From a virus, in IMG/VR virus record IMGVR_UViG_3300030339_000011, positions 64,001 through 105,164 of that record: 41,164 bases of DNA. The stretch is one strand, 5' to 3'. Shown here in pieces: positions 33,688-41,164 of the stretch. The translations under genes were made by a program, and so were the position numbers. The notes below the pieces were generated by a model that saw only the letters and a list, made by a program, of their open reading frames with translations, was not told where the DNA came from and searched no databases. Within the stretch, counting starts at the first letter, position 1, and the number at the start of each line of letters is the position of its first letter.

Positions 33688-34104
33688 TTATATAATTTTA
33701 AGTGCTTCTTTAAGTCCATATTCAAAGGCTTCTTCATATTTTCTATAAAGTGAAAATTCAAAATCTTTGTGATGATACCAGCACCATTCTTTTTCAGTTA
33801 AGTCCAATGGATTACCAATAAATTTATCGATACTAAAGCAAAATTTAGGAGCTGTTGTACAATCAGTATCAATCTCTAAAAAAATCTGTTTTTGTTTTCT
33901 TAGCCAAGATTGTAGTTCTGATTGTGTAGGTCTTGCATATATATTTGGATGTTCAAATCTACTTTCAAATATTGAGTCTTCTTTGTTTTCTTCGCTGAAA
34001 ATGCAATCAGTAAGGTCTTCGAAATAATATTTACTTGGTATGTTATAGCCTTTTTTCTTTGCTAAATTTGCGGTCTCAAATGTTATTAATTCTTCTTTTT
34101 CCAT
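33688..34104 (-). CDS. Hypothetical protein
   Basis: 138-aa ORF, not low-complexity, W/C-containing. Confidence 0.55.
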   Translation of the reverse strand: MEKEELITFETANLAKKKGYNIPSKYYFEDLTDCIFSEENKEDSIFESRFEHPNIYARPTQSELQSWLRKQKQIFLEIDTDCTTAPKFCFSIDKFIGNPLDLTEKEWCWYHHKDFEFSLYRKYEEAFEYGLKEALKII

Positions 34105-34109
34105 TATTT

Positions 34110-34340
34110 TTATATTAAATCTTTTTCGTGTATTGTATATATACTATATCCAGTTTCATCATCATATGGAATATAATATTCTTTTTCATAAGTAGGTAAT
34201 TTTATCAATTCTTTTTCATCAAAATATATTATATTATTTTTGATGTGATAATTGACAGTTATGATATCAAGTCTATTTTTTACTTTTTCAAAAACTCCAT
34301 TTTTAACCATTTCAGATGTAAAAATTTTTCCTTTCCGCAT
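34110..34340 (-). CDS. Hypothetical small protein
   Basis: 76-aa ORF. Confidence 0.5.
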   Translation of the reverse strand: MRKGKIFTSEMVKNGVFEKVKNRLDIITVNYHIKNNIIYFDEKELIKLPTYEKEYYIPYDDETGYSIYTIHEKDLI

Positions 34341-34342
34341 AT

Positions 34343-34510
34343 TTATTTTAAATTGTATGTATGATTTCCAGAATTAATTAATCTAACAACTTGAATTAAT
34401 GAATAACTCATAAATCTCATAAAAGGTATCACATAACCTCTATCGTCTTTTAAATCAACTTTATTATTAATAATATAATTGATGTCTAACAAACTTGTTA
34501 TTTTTTGCAT
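34343..34510 (-). CDS. Possible 55-aa ORF filling the 34341-34497 gap
   Basis: ATG at 34510 overlaps the stop of ORF 34498..34746. MQKITSLLDINYIINNKVDLKDDRGYVIPFMRFMSYSLIQVVRLINSGNHTYNLK. Below the ORF-track size cutoff. Confidence 0.3.
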   Translation of the reverse strand: MQKITSLLDINYIINNKVDLKDDRGYVIPFMRFMSYSLIQVVRLINSGNHTYNLK

Positions 34511-34746
34511 ATATTTTCTATTTCTTTAATTTTACTTAAAAATGCTTGTTCAGCGTTCAATCCAGAATTTTTCATGAAAATAAATAAATCTTTATTTTCA
34601 TCTGTGATATATTTATCTGGAATTTTATATTTGTTTTTGAATTTAATCCAATCACTATTAGATTTAATATAATTATCAAATGCATCAACTGATTTTTTAT
34701 AATTGAAATTTATAGGGAAAACAGAATTTACTTTTTTTGCTTTCAT
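34498..34746 (-). CDS. Hypothetical small protein
   Basis: 82-aa ORF, first gene after the 128-nt AT-rich intergenic region 34747-34874. Confidence 0.5.
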   Translation of the reverse strand: MKAKKVNSVFPINFNYKKSVDAFDNYIKSNSDWIKFKNKYKIPDKYITDENKDLFIFMKNSGLNAEQAFLSKIKEIENICKK

Positions 34747-34874
34747 ATTATAAAGATTTGATAATTTATACTAGATAAAAAACGATTTTGATATATTACG
34801 AAGATAGTAAATAGTTATCATATAAAGAAAAATAAATAGTTAAATATTTCTATTTATCTATTTATTTAATATTT

Positions 34875-35078
34875 TTATAACTCATAAACTAATCCATCAA
34901 TAACCTCAACTCGAACCTTACAGTTCATCCCTCTCACTCCATTGATAGTTGGAATGATTGCTAATATATCATCTGACACATCTTCATTTGATAATATTTC
35001 TAACTCATATCCACTCCAAAGAGCATTGTACTCTCCATTTTTAATATCTACATTTCTTTTTGATAAACTGTTTTTCAT
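34875..35078 (-). CDS. Small protein, paralogue of 35088 (shared ..I.NG.YNA.WS...L.ILSN.. pattern)
   Basis: MKNSLSKRNVDIKNGEYNALWSGYELEILSNEDV aligns with MAASKTKVKIDDGIYNAIWISDNLTILSNDNK. Confidence 0.6.
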   Translation of the reverse strand: MKNSLSKRNVDIKNGEYNALWSGYELEILSNEDVSDDILAIIPTINGVRGMNCKVRVEVIDGLVYEL

Positions 35079-35087
35079 ATTTATTTT

Positions 35088-35285
35088 TTATTTATAGTAA
35101 AAACTCACAATACCTTTTATTATCTCAACTTTTTCTTTTTGAAGATTATCACCAATTATTCTCATAATAGATTTAATTGTAACTAATTCTTTATTATCAT
35201 TAGATAATATAGTTAAATTATCTGATATCCAAATAGCATTATAAATACCATCGTCTATTTTAACTTTTGTTTTTGATGCTGCCAT
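35088..35285 (-). CDS. Small protein, paralogue of 34875
   Basis: See 34875. Confidence 0.6.
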   Translation of the reverse strand: MAASKTKVKIDDGIYNAIWISDNLTILSNDNKELVTIKSIMRIIGDNLQKEKVEIIKGIVSFYYK

Positions 35286-35287
35286 TA

Positions 35288-35470
35288 TTATTTTATTTTA
35301 GAAAACACATTTCTATTATAACCAATACATAAATTCATATATTCGCCAAACCACCAAAATTCAAAATTGTGCTCAAAATGTTTATCTTCTACGTTTAGAT
35401 GTTTTAGCCAAATCAATTCATTATCTTCTGTCAATAATGGAAACCATGCAAATGTTTTATCTTTTTTCAT
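35288..35470 (-). CDS. Hypothetical W-rich micro-protein
   Basis: 60-aa ORF MKKDKTFAWFPLL..WLKHLN..FEFWWFGEY. Confidence 0.45.
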   Translation of the reverse strand: MKKDKTFAWFPLLTEDNELIWLKHLNVEDKHFEHNFEFWWFGEYMNLCIGYNRNVFSKIK

Positions 35471-35594
35471 TTAATTTATTTAATTTTTCTTTCCTATCTT
35501 TATTACGGAAATGTTTATTCATTTTCCTTGTAAATTCTTCTAAGATTTTTTTATCAATATCTGGAACTCCATTTATTTTTTTACTAATCAGCAT
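35457..35594 (-). CDS. Possible 45-aa basic micro-protein
   Basis: MLISKKINGVPDIDKKILEEFTRKMNKHFRNKDRKEKLNKLNEKR. Its start overlaps the stop of the next small ORF (ATGCTGA) and its end overlaps the start of 35288..35470, so it fits the coupling pattern. Below the size cutoff. Confidence 0.3.
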   Translation of the reverse strand: MLISKKINGVPDIDKKILEEFTRKMNKHFRNKDRKEKLNKLNEKR

Positions 35595-35707
35595 AACTTA
35601 TCATTTAGTTTTTGTAATTTATTTTTTCTGATATTATTGACAAATTTCTTGTGAAGTTTAATTGCCAATTCTCTTAATAATTTTATTTGATCTGTAGTTT
35701 CTGACAT
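35588..35707 (-). CDS. Possible 39-aa micro-protein
   Basis: MSETTDQIKLLRELAIKLHKKFVNNIRKNKLQKLNDKLC. Begins 3 nt after the stop of ORF 35710..35958. Confidence 0.3.
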   Translation of the reverse strand: MSETTDQIKLLRELAIKLHKKFVNNIRKNKLQKLNDKLC

Positions 35708-35709
35708 TA

Positions 35710-35958
35710 TTATATGTTATTCAAAGTTTCTATTTTTTGTTTTATTAATTCTCTATAATGATATTTATTTGCTTTTTTATACATTTTAATTCCATAATCA
35801 CTTCTCTTATACCATTTAATAAATTGATTTTGTGTTGGTATTTTCTCTTCATAATAATTTTCAGAATGAAAATCTTGAATACAGAAGAAATATGCTAAAT
35901 CATCTAATAAAGTTGAAACATTATAATCCCATATTCCAAATTGTTTATCAATTACCAT
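35710..35958 (-). CDS. Hypothetical small protein
   Basis: 82-aa ORF. The antisense ORF 35832..36239 (+) is an S/L-rich artefact. Confidence 0.5.
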   Translation of the reverse strand: MVIDKQFGIWDYNVSTLLDDLAYFFCIQDFHSENYYEEKIPTQNQFIKWYKRSDYGIKMYKKANKYHYRELIKQKIETLNNI

Positions 35959-35959
35959 A

Positions 35960-36256
35960 TTATTTCATATATGAAAACCTAAACAATCCTTTTTCATTAA
36001 TGGTAAATGATTCAATTATTTTCATATCTTCATCTGATTTTTTAGTTTCATATGACCATTTACCGCCATCATCAAATACAAATTCATTTTCTGTTGTTGA
36101 ATCTAATCTTTCAGTTAGACGATCATTTTCTTTGCTAATTTTAAGAAGTTCTTTAAAATACTCATCTCTAACTTCTGGTGTTGTGAAGATCGTTTCATCT
36201 GGGGTTTGTTCATCTCCATATCTATATGATATTTCGTAAATTTTATATACTTTCAT
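35960..36256 (-). CDS. Hypothetical acidic protein
   Basis: 98-aa ORF coupled to the 8-gene array upstream. Confidence 0.55.
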   Translation of the reverse strand: MKVYKIYEISYRYGDEQTPDETIFTTPEVRDEYFKELLKISKENDRLTERLDSTTENEFVFDDGGKWSYETKKSDEDMKIIESFTINEKGLFRFSYMK

Positions 36257-36494
36257 ATTCTTTAAGTTTATCTATTTTTTGTTTTCTTTCAGTTTTAATA
36301 TCTAATTTGAATCGTTTAATTTTATATCTCAAATCGGAATTTCCTACTAATGATAAGTAATATTTATTAAATTTTACACTGAAATGAATTTGTTTAATTT
36401 TATATTTTTTACCAAATTCTAATATTGTATTGTTATTATTAATTACAACTACATCATCACCAATTTTCAAATATTCAATTTTTATTTTTGACAT
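36243..36494 (-). CDS. SH3/KOW-like mini-protein, member of the 8-gene tandem array (KIGD.VV.....L.L.KKY.I.... DLK..R..K(L/I)..L C-terminus)
   Basis: MSKIKIEYLKIGDDVVVINNNNTILEFGKKYKIKQIHF..FKLDIKTERKQKIDKLKEYESI. Confidence 0.7.
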   Translation of the reverse strand: MSKIKIEYLKIGDDVVVINNNNTILEFGKKYKIKQIHFSVKFNKYYLSLVGNSDLRYKIKRFKLDIKTERKQKIDKLKEYESI

Positions 36495-36733
36495 AAGATT
36501 TCAATTTTTTTCTTTCTTGATGTTTTTAAATCAAAATCAAATCTATAACTGAAATATTTTTGTTCACCAGACTCTATGAATGTTAAATAATGATTATGTT
36601 CAGGAATATTATCTAATGATTCTCTATGAAAAACTCCACTAATTGTATATTTTTTAGTCAGAATTAAATTGTTATTACTATCATCAATAACAATAACTTT
36701 ATCTCCAATTTTAAAAGATTTTATTTTTTGCAT
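36482..36733 (-). CDS. SH3/KOW-like mini-protein array member
   Basis: MQKIKSFKIGDKVIVIDDSNNNLILTKKYTISGVF..FDFDLKTSRKKKIEILCQK. Confidence 0.7.
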   Translation of the reverse strand: MQKIKSFKIGDKVIVIDDSNNNLILTKKYTISGVFHRESLDNIPEHNHYLTFIESGEQKYFSYRFDFDLKTSRKKKIEILCQK

Positions 36734-36966
36734 AGTTGTTTAAGTTTTTTATTTCTTGATGTTTTCAAATCATATTTAAATCTATACGGAAAATATATAA
36801 TTAATGCAGTTTCTTTAAGTCTTACACAAAAATTATAGTCATCAAAATCAGAGTTATTATAAATAATTTCACTAATTGTATATTTTTTATTTAATGTCAA
36901 TAAAGAATGAGTGACATCAGTAGCAATTACTTTATCACCAATTTTTGATGTTTTGAGGTTAATCAT
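36721..36966 (-). CDS. SH3/KOW-like mini-protein array member
   Basis: MINLKTSKIGDKVIATDVTHSLLTLNKKYTISEII..FKYDLKTSRNKKLKQLCKK. Confidence 0.7.
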   Translation of the reverse strand: MINLKTSKIGDKVIATDVTHSLLTLNKKYTISEIIYNNSDFDDYNFCVRLKETALIIYFPYRFKYDLKTSRNKKLKQLCKK

Positions 36967-37195
36967 TTGATATTTTATTTAATTTTTCCTTTCGGATGTA
37001 GTTTAAATCAATATCAAATCTAAAATCATAATATAACTTATTACCAGTCTCAATCAATCTAATTCGGTCATTACATGAATTATCACAAACATCAATATAA
37101 CTAATTGTGTATTTTTTATTTAATATTAATTCAGAAAAATTAACATTGACTGCAATTACTTTATTTCCTATTTTTAATTTTTTAATGTCAATCAT
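36959..37195 (-). CDS. SH3/KOW-like mini-protein array member
   Basis: MIDIKKLKIGNKVIAVNVNFSELILNKKYTISYID..FDIDLNYIRKEKLNKISND. Confidence 0.7.
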   Translation of the reverse strand: MIDIKKLKIGNKVIAVNVNFSELILNKKYTISYIDVCDNSCNDRIRLIETGNKLYYDFRFDIDLNYIRKEKLNKISND

Positions 37196-37436
37196 GATTT
37201 GATATTTTATTTAATTTTTCCATCCTGATTGATTTAATATCAGAATTAAATCTATCTATTAAATATCTAGTATCTCTCATTTTGAAAAGTTTAAATTGAT
37301 ATACATTAAATTCTTCTATGTGAACAATTTCTTTGATTTTATATATTTTACCAATTTCTAAATTGCTCATATCAGTAGAAACTGCAACAACTTCAGAATT
37401 GACTTGTATATTTTTAATATCAATTGGTTTTAGCAT
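37188..37436 (-). CDS. SH3/KOW-like mini-protein array member
   Basis: ..IDIKNIQVNSEVVAVSTDMSNLEIGKIYKIKEIVH..FNSDIKSIRMEKLNKISNHD. Confidence 0.7.
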   Translation of the reverse strand: MLKPIDIKNIQVNSEVVAVSTDMSNLEIGKIYKIKEIVHIEEFNVYQFKLFKMRDTRYLIDRFNSDIKSIRMEKLNKISNHD

Positions 37437-37675
37437 TTATTTATTTTTTCTAATTTATTTTTTCTAATATCATTCAAATCAATATCAAATCTACTAATTA
37501 AAAATCCTTCATCTCCCATATGATATAATTTAAAATAGTATTGCTCTATACTATGAAAATAATCAATTTCTTTAATATAATATTTTTTATTTAATTCTAA
37601 ACTAGTGTTACCTATATTAACTGCAATAACAGTATCATTAATATGAATATTTTTAATGTCTATATTTTGTATCAT
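37430..37675 (-). CDS. SH3/KOW-like mini-protein array member
   Basis: ..IDIKNIHINDTVIAVNIGNTSLELNKKYYIKEIDY..FDIDLNDIRKNKLEKINKC. Confidence 0.7.
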   Translation of the reverse strand: MIQNIDIKNIHINDTVIAVNIGNTSLELNKKYYIKEIDYFHSIEQYYFKLYHMGDEGFLISRFDIDLNDIRKNKLEKINKC

Positions 37676-37860
37676 TTATTTAGTTTTTCTAATTTATGCT
37701 TTCTAATTTCAGATGCTGTTATAAAATTAGGAATATAATTAAACATACCTGGAATTTCTTGAGTGAAAAAGAAATTAGGATCATCAAGTACATAAGAATC
37801 AAATGTAACAATCTTATTATCGTCATATCTGTACCTTAATACATCTCCTTTTCTTAACAT
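37672..37860 (-). CDS. Divergent short member of the mini-protein array
   Basis: MLRKGDVLRY..ITASEIRKHKLEKLNK keeps the GD and RK.KLEKL(N/S)K signature. Confidence 0.6.
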   Translation of the reverse strand: MLRKGDVLRYRYDDNKIVTFDSYVLDDPNFFFTQEIPGMFNYIPNFITASEIRKHKLEKLNK

Positions 37861-38048
37861 TTACTCAGTTTTTTAAGTTTCTGTTTTCTAAATTCTGATA
37901 ATGTAATGCAATTATCTACATAATGAAAATATTCATCTTCATATATAAAAAAATAATGGGATAATATATTATTAGCACTATATTTTTTAAATGTAAAAAC
38001 TTCATTGCTAAATGACTTATCAATAATTTTATCTCCTAAATTGAACAT
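37854..38048 (-). CDS. Divergent short member of the mini-protein array, first intact gene
   Basis: MFNLGDKIIDKS..ITLSEFRKQKLKKLSKC. Confidence 0.6.
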   Translation of the reverse strand: MFNLGDKIIDKSFSNEVFTFKKYSANNILSHYFFIYEDEYFHYVDNCITLSEFRKQKLKKLSKC

Positions 38049-38277
38049 TACTCAGTTTTTTAAGTTTCTGTTTTCTTTTTTTATTCTTCAGCATTAAACA
38101 GTAATATTTTAAAGTCTGTACTGCATTCAGAACAATTTTACTTTCAGTTTTCATTACAGTTTTTAATATTTAAAAGCTTCTGTTTTCTTAACATCATATT
38201 AATCTTAAATTTTATTTCAGATTCTGTAGATTTAGATAGTTGCCTAATATGAACATATGGTTTATTATAGTTTATAA
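38049..38277 (-). pseudogene. Decayed remnants of further array members
   Basis: The 27-nt tail-coding segment TTACTCAGTTTTTTAAGTTTCTGTTTTC (encoding RKQKLKKLS on the - strand) recurs at 38049-38076 without an intact ORF. A third copy (AAGCTTCTGTTTTCTTAACAT, encoding MLRKQKL..) sits at 38170-38193. Only short broken frames remain. Confidence 0.45.
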
Positions 38278-38649
38278 TCATAATATTATATTTAGTTCAG
38301 ATAAAATTTGCTCTTTTGTTGCCCATTTTTTCAATCCTAAAATAGTGCAAATATCTTCTTTTGTAGCCAAATCTAATGATGGATATTCATTTTTGTTAAA
38401 TACCTTATAACCCCTTATTTTCAATTCATTTAACATTTCATCATCAGTCAAGTCATATAATATCTCTGAATCATAATCACTCAATTCTAAATCTATTTCT
38501 GTATATAAAATACTTCTATCTTTAACGTAAATATCAGATTCTTTGCGTTTTTTCAATTCATATTCTATATCATCAGTGCCTAATGATTTTAAAATTTTTT
38601 GCTTATGATTAAATAAATCAAGTTCAAATCTAATCCAACAATAATTCAT
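38278..38649 (-). CDS. Hypothetical acidic protein
   Basis: 123-aa D/E-rich ORF. Confidence 0.55.
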   Translation of the reverse strand: MNYCWIRFELDLFNHKQKILKSLGTDDIEYELKKRKESDIYVKDRSILYTEIDLELSDYDSEILYDLTDDEMLNELKIRGYKVFNKNEYPSLDLATKEDICTILGLKKWATKEQILSELNIIL

Positions 38650-38663
38650 ATTTTTAATATTTT

Positions 38664-38873
38664 TTATGGTTCATAAATACCATAACCATTAATATAACAC
38701 TTCTTTTTAATAGTTGTTAATTTTACCTTTATTGCATCATCATTTAAAGGCTTAATTGATATTATAATTAAGCCGTCATCAAATGATGATGCTGATGAAA
38801 TTGTTTCTTTATTATGTACAACACTGTGCATATAAACATATTCAGGAATATTTAAACTATTAGTTGTTATCAT
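38664..38873 (-). CDS. Soluble paralogue of the C-terminal half of membrane protein 38877 (..NIPEYVY.. ..KKKCYINGYGIYEP)
   Basis: Shares the NIPEYVY and K.KC.INGYG.Y(D/E)P motifs with ORF 38877. Confidence 0.55.
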   Translation of the reverse strand: MITTNSLNIPEYVYMHSVVHNKETISSASSFDDGLIIISIKPLNDDAIKVKLTTIKKKCYINGYGIYEP

Positions 38874-38876
38874 ATA

Positions 38877-39263
38877 TTAAGAGTTATTAGGATCATAATA
38901 TCCATAACCATTTATATTACATTTTTCCTTTATGTTGGTTATTTTTATTTTTTCAGACTTATCTGATAAAGGCTCTGTTGAATAATATTCATTTTTATAA
39001 ACATATTCAGGAATATTTTTTCTGAATTCTTCATATTTATTATCATAATGATGTTTTAAAAAATAAAAAACCAAACAAGATAATACAGGAATAATAAGCA
39101 TTGACAATTGAATAATAATTGAATCTGTGATATAATTCATTGAATTTAATTGAATATGTTTAAAATCAAGAATATATGTGACAATAATCGCAAACAATGA
39201 CATCAATTGAAAAGTTTCAATAACTTTTAAATACATCTTTAAATCTTCTTTTTTGATTTTCAT
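38877..39263 (-). CDS. Small membrane protein (2 predicted TM helices) with C-terminal KC.INGYG.Y.P motif
   Basis: Hydrophobic helices FQLMSLFAIIVTYILDF and IIIQLSMLIIPVLSCLVFYFL. C-terminal EKCNINGYGYYDPNNS. Confidence 0.6.
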   Translation of the reverse strand: MKIKKEDLKMYLKVIETFQLMSLFAIIVTYILDFKHIQLNSMNYITDSIIIQLSMLIIPVLSCLVFYFLKHHYDNKYEEFRKNIPEYVYKNEYYSTEPLSDKSEKIKITNIKEKCNINGYGYYDPNNS

Positions 39264-39268
39264 AATTT

Positions 39269-39628
39269 TTATTTTAACAATTTCAATTTTAATAATCTTG
39301 AATATTTACTAATTTCTTTATTGTATTCTTTTTTCTCACGTAGAGTAATATAATCTTTATATAATAAATCTTTATAATAAGATATTTTATTCTTATATAA
39401 ATCTATACGTCTTAATGTTTTTATTTTTTTATAAAACAAAAAACATATTATATTAAAAATAAGAAATATAAAAATCCATTTTTCAGATAAATTATTATCA
39501 TATAACATATCACCTAATACAAATTTAGATGGATTAGTTAAGGCAGACAATATAGCAACAATAAAAAAAAGAATCATTATACCAGAACCTATTACAGAAA
39601 AAATAGTACAAAGATGAAATATTGTCAT
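39269..39628 (-). CDS. Small membrane protein (2 predicted TM helices)
   Basis: IFSVIGSGIMILFFIVAILSAL and WIFIFLIFNIICFLFY, followed by a basic cytoplasmic tail. Confidence 0.6.
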   Translation of the reverse strand: MTIFHLCTIFSVIGSGIMILFFIVAILSALTNPSKFVLGDMLYDNNLSEKWIFIFLIFNIICFLFYKKIKTLRRIDLYKNKISYYKDLLYKDYITLREKKEYNKEISKYSRLLKLKLLK

Positions 39629-39631
39629 AAA

Positions 39632-39973
39632 TTAAGCATTCATAACTTTCATAATATCTCTTAATACTGCAGCTTCTTCGTAATTTTCAATTTTAACTGC
39701 ATCTAACATTTCTTTCTCAATGTGATTAACTTTAGAGAACTCAGTAGAATTAGTCCAAGATTTACCACGACTATCTTGAACATCTCCACATCCACATTTT
39801 ACCTGACGATATTTTGCAACACCTCCAATATTAATACACTGTGCTCCACATGTTGGACAATACATAGCATCCATAACAATGTATTTTTTACCTTCAATCC
39901 GTAATTGACTTTTAATGTTAGTTGTATTTGATAAAGATACTACTTCATCACCAATGTTAAATTCTTTTTTCAT
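39632..39973 (-). CDS. SH3/KOW-like N-terminus plus C4 zinc ribbon plus UVR-type (UvrB/UvrC) motif protein
   Basis: NIGDEVVSLSN..KKYIV (same module as the array mini-proteins). YCPTCG..17 aa..CGCG. C-terminal ..ENYEEAAVLRDIMKVM matches the UVR-domain signature (FE.AA.LRD.I). Confidence 0.65.
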   Translation of the reverse strand: MKKEFNIGDEVVSLSNTTNIKSQLRIEGKKYIVMDAMYCPTCGAQCINIGGVAKYRQVKCGCGDVQDSRGKSWTNSTEFSKVNHIEKEMLDAVKIENYEEAAVLRDIMKVMNA

Positions 39974-39987
39974 ATTTTAAATTTTTT

Positions 39988-40323
39988 TTAAATTATATTA
40001 ATGTCTCTTAATAATGATGATAATTCGTAATTTTCTGTTTTTATTGATTCTGATAGTGCTTCTTTAATATTATCAACGTTCGCAAAATGAAAAGAATCTG
40101 TCCAATATTTACCTTTACTCAATGAAATATTTCCACAACTACATTCAGATTTTTCAAGAGTTGTAAATACTCCAATATTAATTGATTGAATTCCACACTT
40201 AGAACAATATGTATAATCAAGAACAGTATACACTGTTCCTTTCACTCTATTTTGACACAAATTATTTAATGGATTTGTTAATGCAACAACTTTATCTCCT
40301 ATGCTATGTCTAACTATATTCAT
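39988..40323 (-). CDS. Paralogue of 39632: SH3/KOW-like plus C4 zinc ribbon plus degenerate UVR-type motif
   Basis: SIGDKVVALTN..YCSKCG..CSCG..ENYELSSLLRDINII. Confidence 0.65.
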   Translation of the reverse strand: MNIVRHSIGDKVVALTNPLNNLCQNRVKGTVYTVLDYTYCSKCGIQSINIGVFTTLEKSECSCGNISLSKGKYWTDSFHFANVDNIKEALSESIKTENYELSSLLRDINII

Positions 40324-40334
40324 ATTAATTAATA

Positions 40335-41164
40335 TTAATTAATATTAGATATATTCAATCTTTGATCCAAAGATTCAATTCCCCATTTAGATAAAATTTG
40401 TATTCCTCCAACAACGTATCTAAAAACAATAGGATCCTTTGGTTCTACTGCATTTCTTGAGTCATAATATCCTTTAGTATTATCAAAAACCAAATTTTCA
40501 AGAATGAAATGAGATTTAGGAGCAGCAATAAATAGTTCATTACTACCAATTTTAACTATTTTTAACCCTCCTGTATCATATACATATGATTTTATTTTTA
40601 TCGGACACATTTTTGCGATATCAAATTCACTATAATCTGGACTATCAAACATATTATTATTTATCCAATTTTTTGCTTCTTCAGGTACTCCACGCCAATA
40701 TGATGATATGACATACTTATAATAATTTTCATATGAATCAGATTTCTTTAATGATTTTGCTGATTCAATTTCAATTAAATTCTGTTCTGGAACATCATTT
40801 TTATAATTTGAAACTGGTGCATAAATCAAATTATATTTATCACAAATTTTATCAAATTCTTCAATTGGTAAGAATTTTAGATCTATATAAGTTTGTTTAT
40901 AATGCTGAATAATTTTTGCTTCTTTTTCAGTCATATCAATAAATGCAATTTTTTTATCAGTTTCAACAACTTCAGTAGTATTGACAAAGCCTAATCTTTT
41001 AAGCCTCAGTACTTTATCTAAAAGTGAAGTTTTTATAGTATTCTCACTTAATATAGTTCTTGCTCTTTCTAATAATCTATCTTGAGCGGTGTCTATGGCT
41101 TCATGAATTTGTAATACAATTTTATTTTGTTCTGCAATTTCATGCTGTAATGTAATTTCTTGTT
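40335..41164 (-). CDS. Hypothetical protein, 5'-partial (frame stays open to the window end, upstream of the ATG at 40934)
   Basis: The ORF track starts at M (40934), but the same frame has no stop through 41164 (..LQHEIAEQNKIVLQIHEAIDTAQDRLLERARTILSEN.. coiled-coil-like), so the true start probably lies beyond the window. Confidence 0.55.
   Translation of the reverse strand, partial: QEITLQHEIAEQNKIVLQIHEAIDTAQDRLLERARTILSENTIKTSLLDKVLRLKRLGFVNTTEVVETDKKIAFIDMTEKEAKIIQHYKQTYIDLKFLPIEEFDKICDKYNLIYAPVSNYKNDVPEQNLIEIESAKSLKKSDSYENYYKYVISSYWRGVPEEAKNWINNNMFDSPDYSEFDIAKMCPIKIKSYVYDTGGLKIVKIGSNELFIAAPKSHFILENLVFDNTKGYYDSRNAVEPKDPIVFRYVVGGIQILSKWGIESLDQRLNISNIN

Noticed and set aside
35832-36239. 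135-aa + strand ORF inside the minus-strand block (also 35437..35631, 39722..39904, 5703..5909, 16062..16253, 16486..16749, 2543..2836, 20320..20514, 26677..26958, 6837..7103)
   Set aside because: These are antisense to better-supported genes (paralogue families, operon coupling). They are S/L/I-rich as expected for antisense of AT-rich coding DNA and span gene boundaries of the opposite strand.

Overview
This window is extremely AT-rich (about 23-25 % G+C by eye, not computed) and densely coding, with no recognisable Shine-Dalgarno sequences and intrinsic-terminator-like hairpins at operon ends. Its content looks like the host-range / accessory region of a large virus, most likely a tailed bacteriophage of an AT-rich, SD-independent host (possibly the Bacteroidota/Fibrobacter group). 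It could alternatively be a prophage-like island. The + strand carries an unusually large repertoire of fibre and tailspike-like genes. Four are paralogous fibres built from tens of tandem 9-aa (xIGxxFxxN) repeats with Gly-X-Y or (SGS)n linkers. One is a beta-helix protein ending in DIGAYEF, one a 1335-aa protein with a FISUMP-like domain and three ~300-aa internal repeats, and one a LamG lectin. There is also a triplicated tailspike cassette, each copy followed by a micro-ORF ending in IEYQFN. Five of the fibre-type genes share the same ~20-aa N-terminal peptide (I-x-LAS-E/Q-EWV). The minus strand carries operon-like tandem arrays of small paralogues. These include a 13-gene array of an unrecognised ~110-aa family, with 2 more copies elsewhere. 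There is an 8-gene array of SH3/KOW-like mini-proteins whose N-terminal module also appears fused to a zinc ribbon plus UVR-type motif. There are also small two-helix membrane proteins. I found no rRNA, tRNA, CRISPR array, integrase, transposase or reverse transcriptase. Candidate novelties are the paralogue arrays, the cassette-style tailspike triplication with nucleotide-identical junctions, and the shared N-terminal adaptor on the fibres. Further candidates are a repeated late-promoter-like motif and several ORF-free structured intergenic elements. All functional calls are from motif recognition by eye without database searches.
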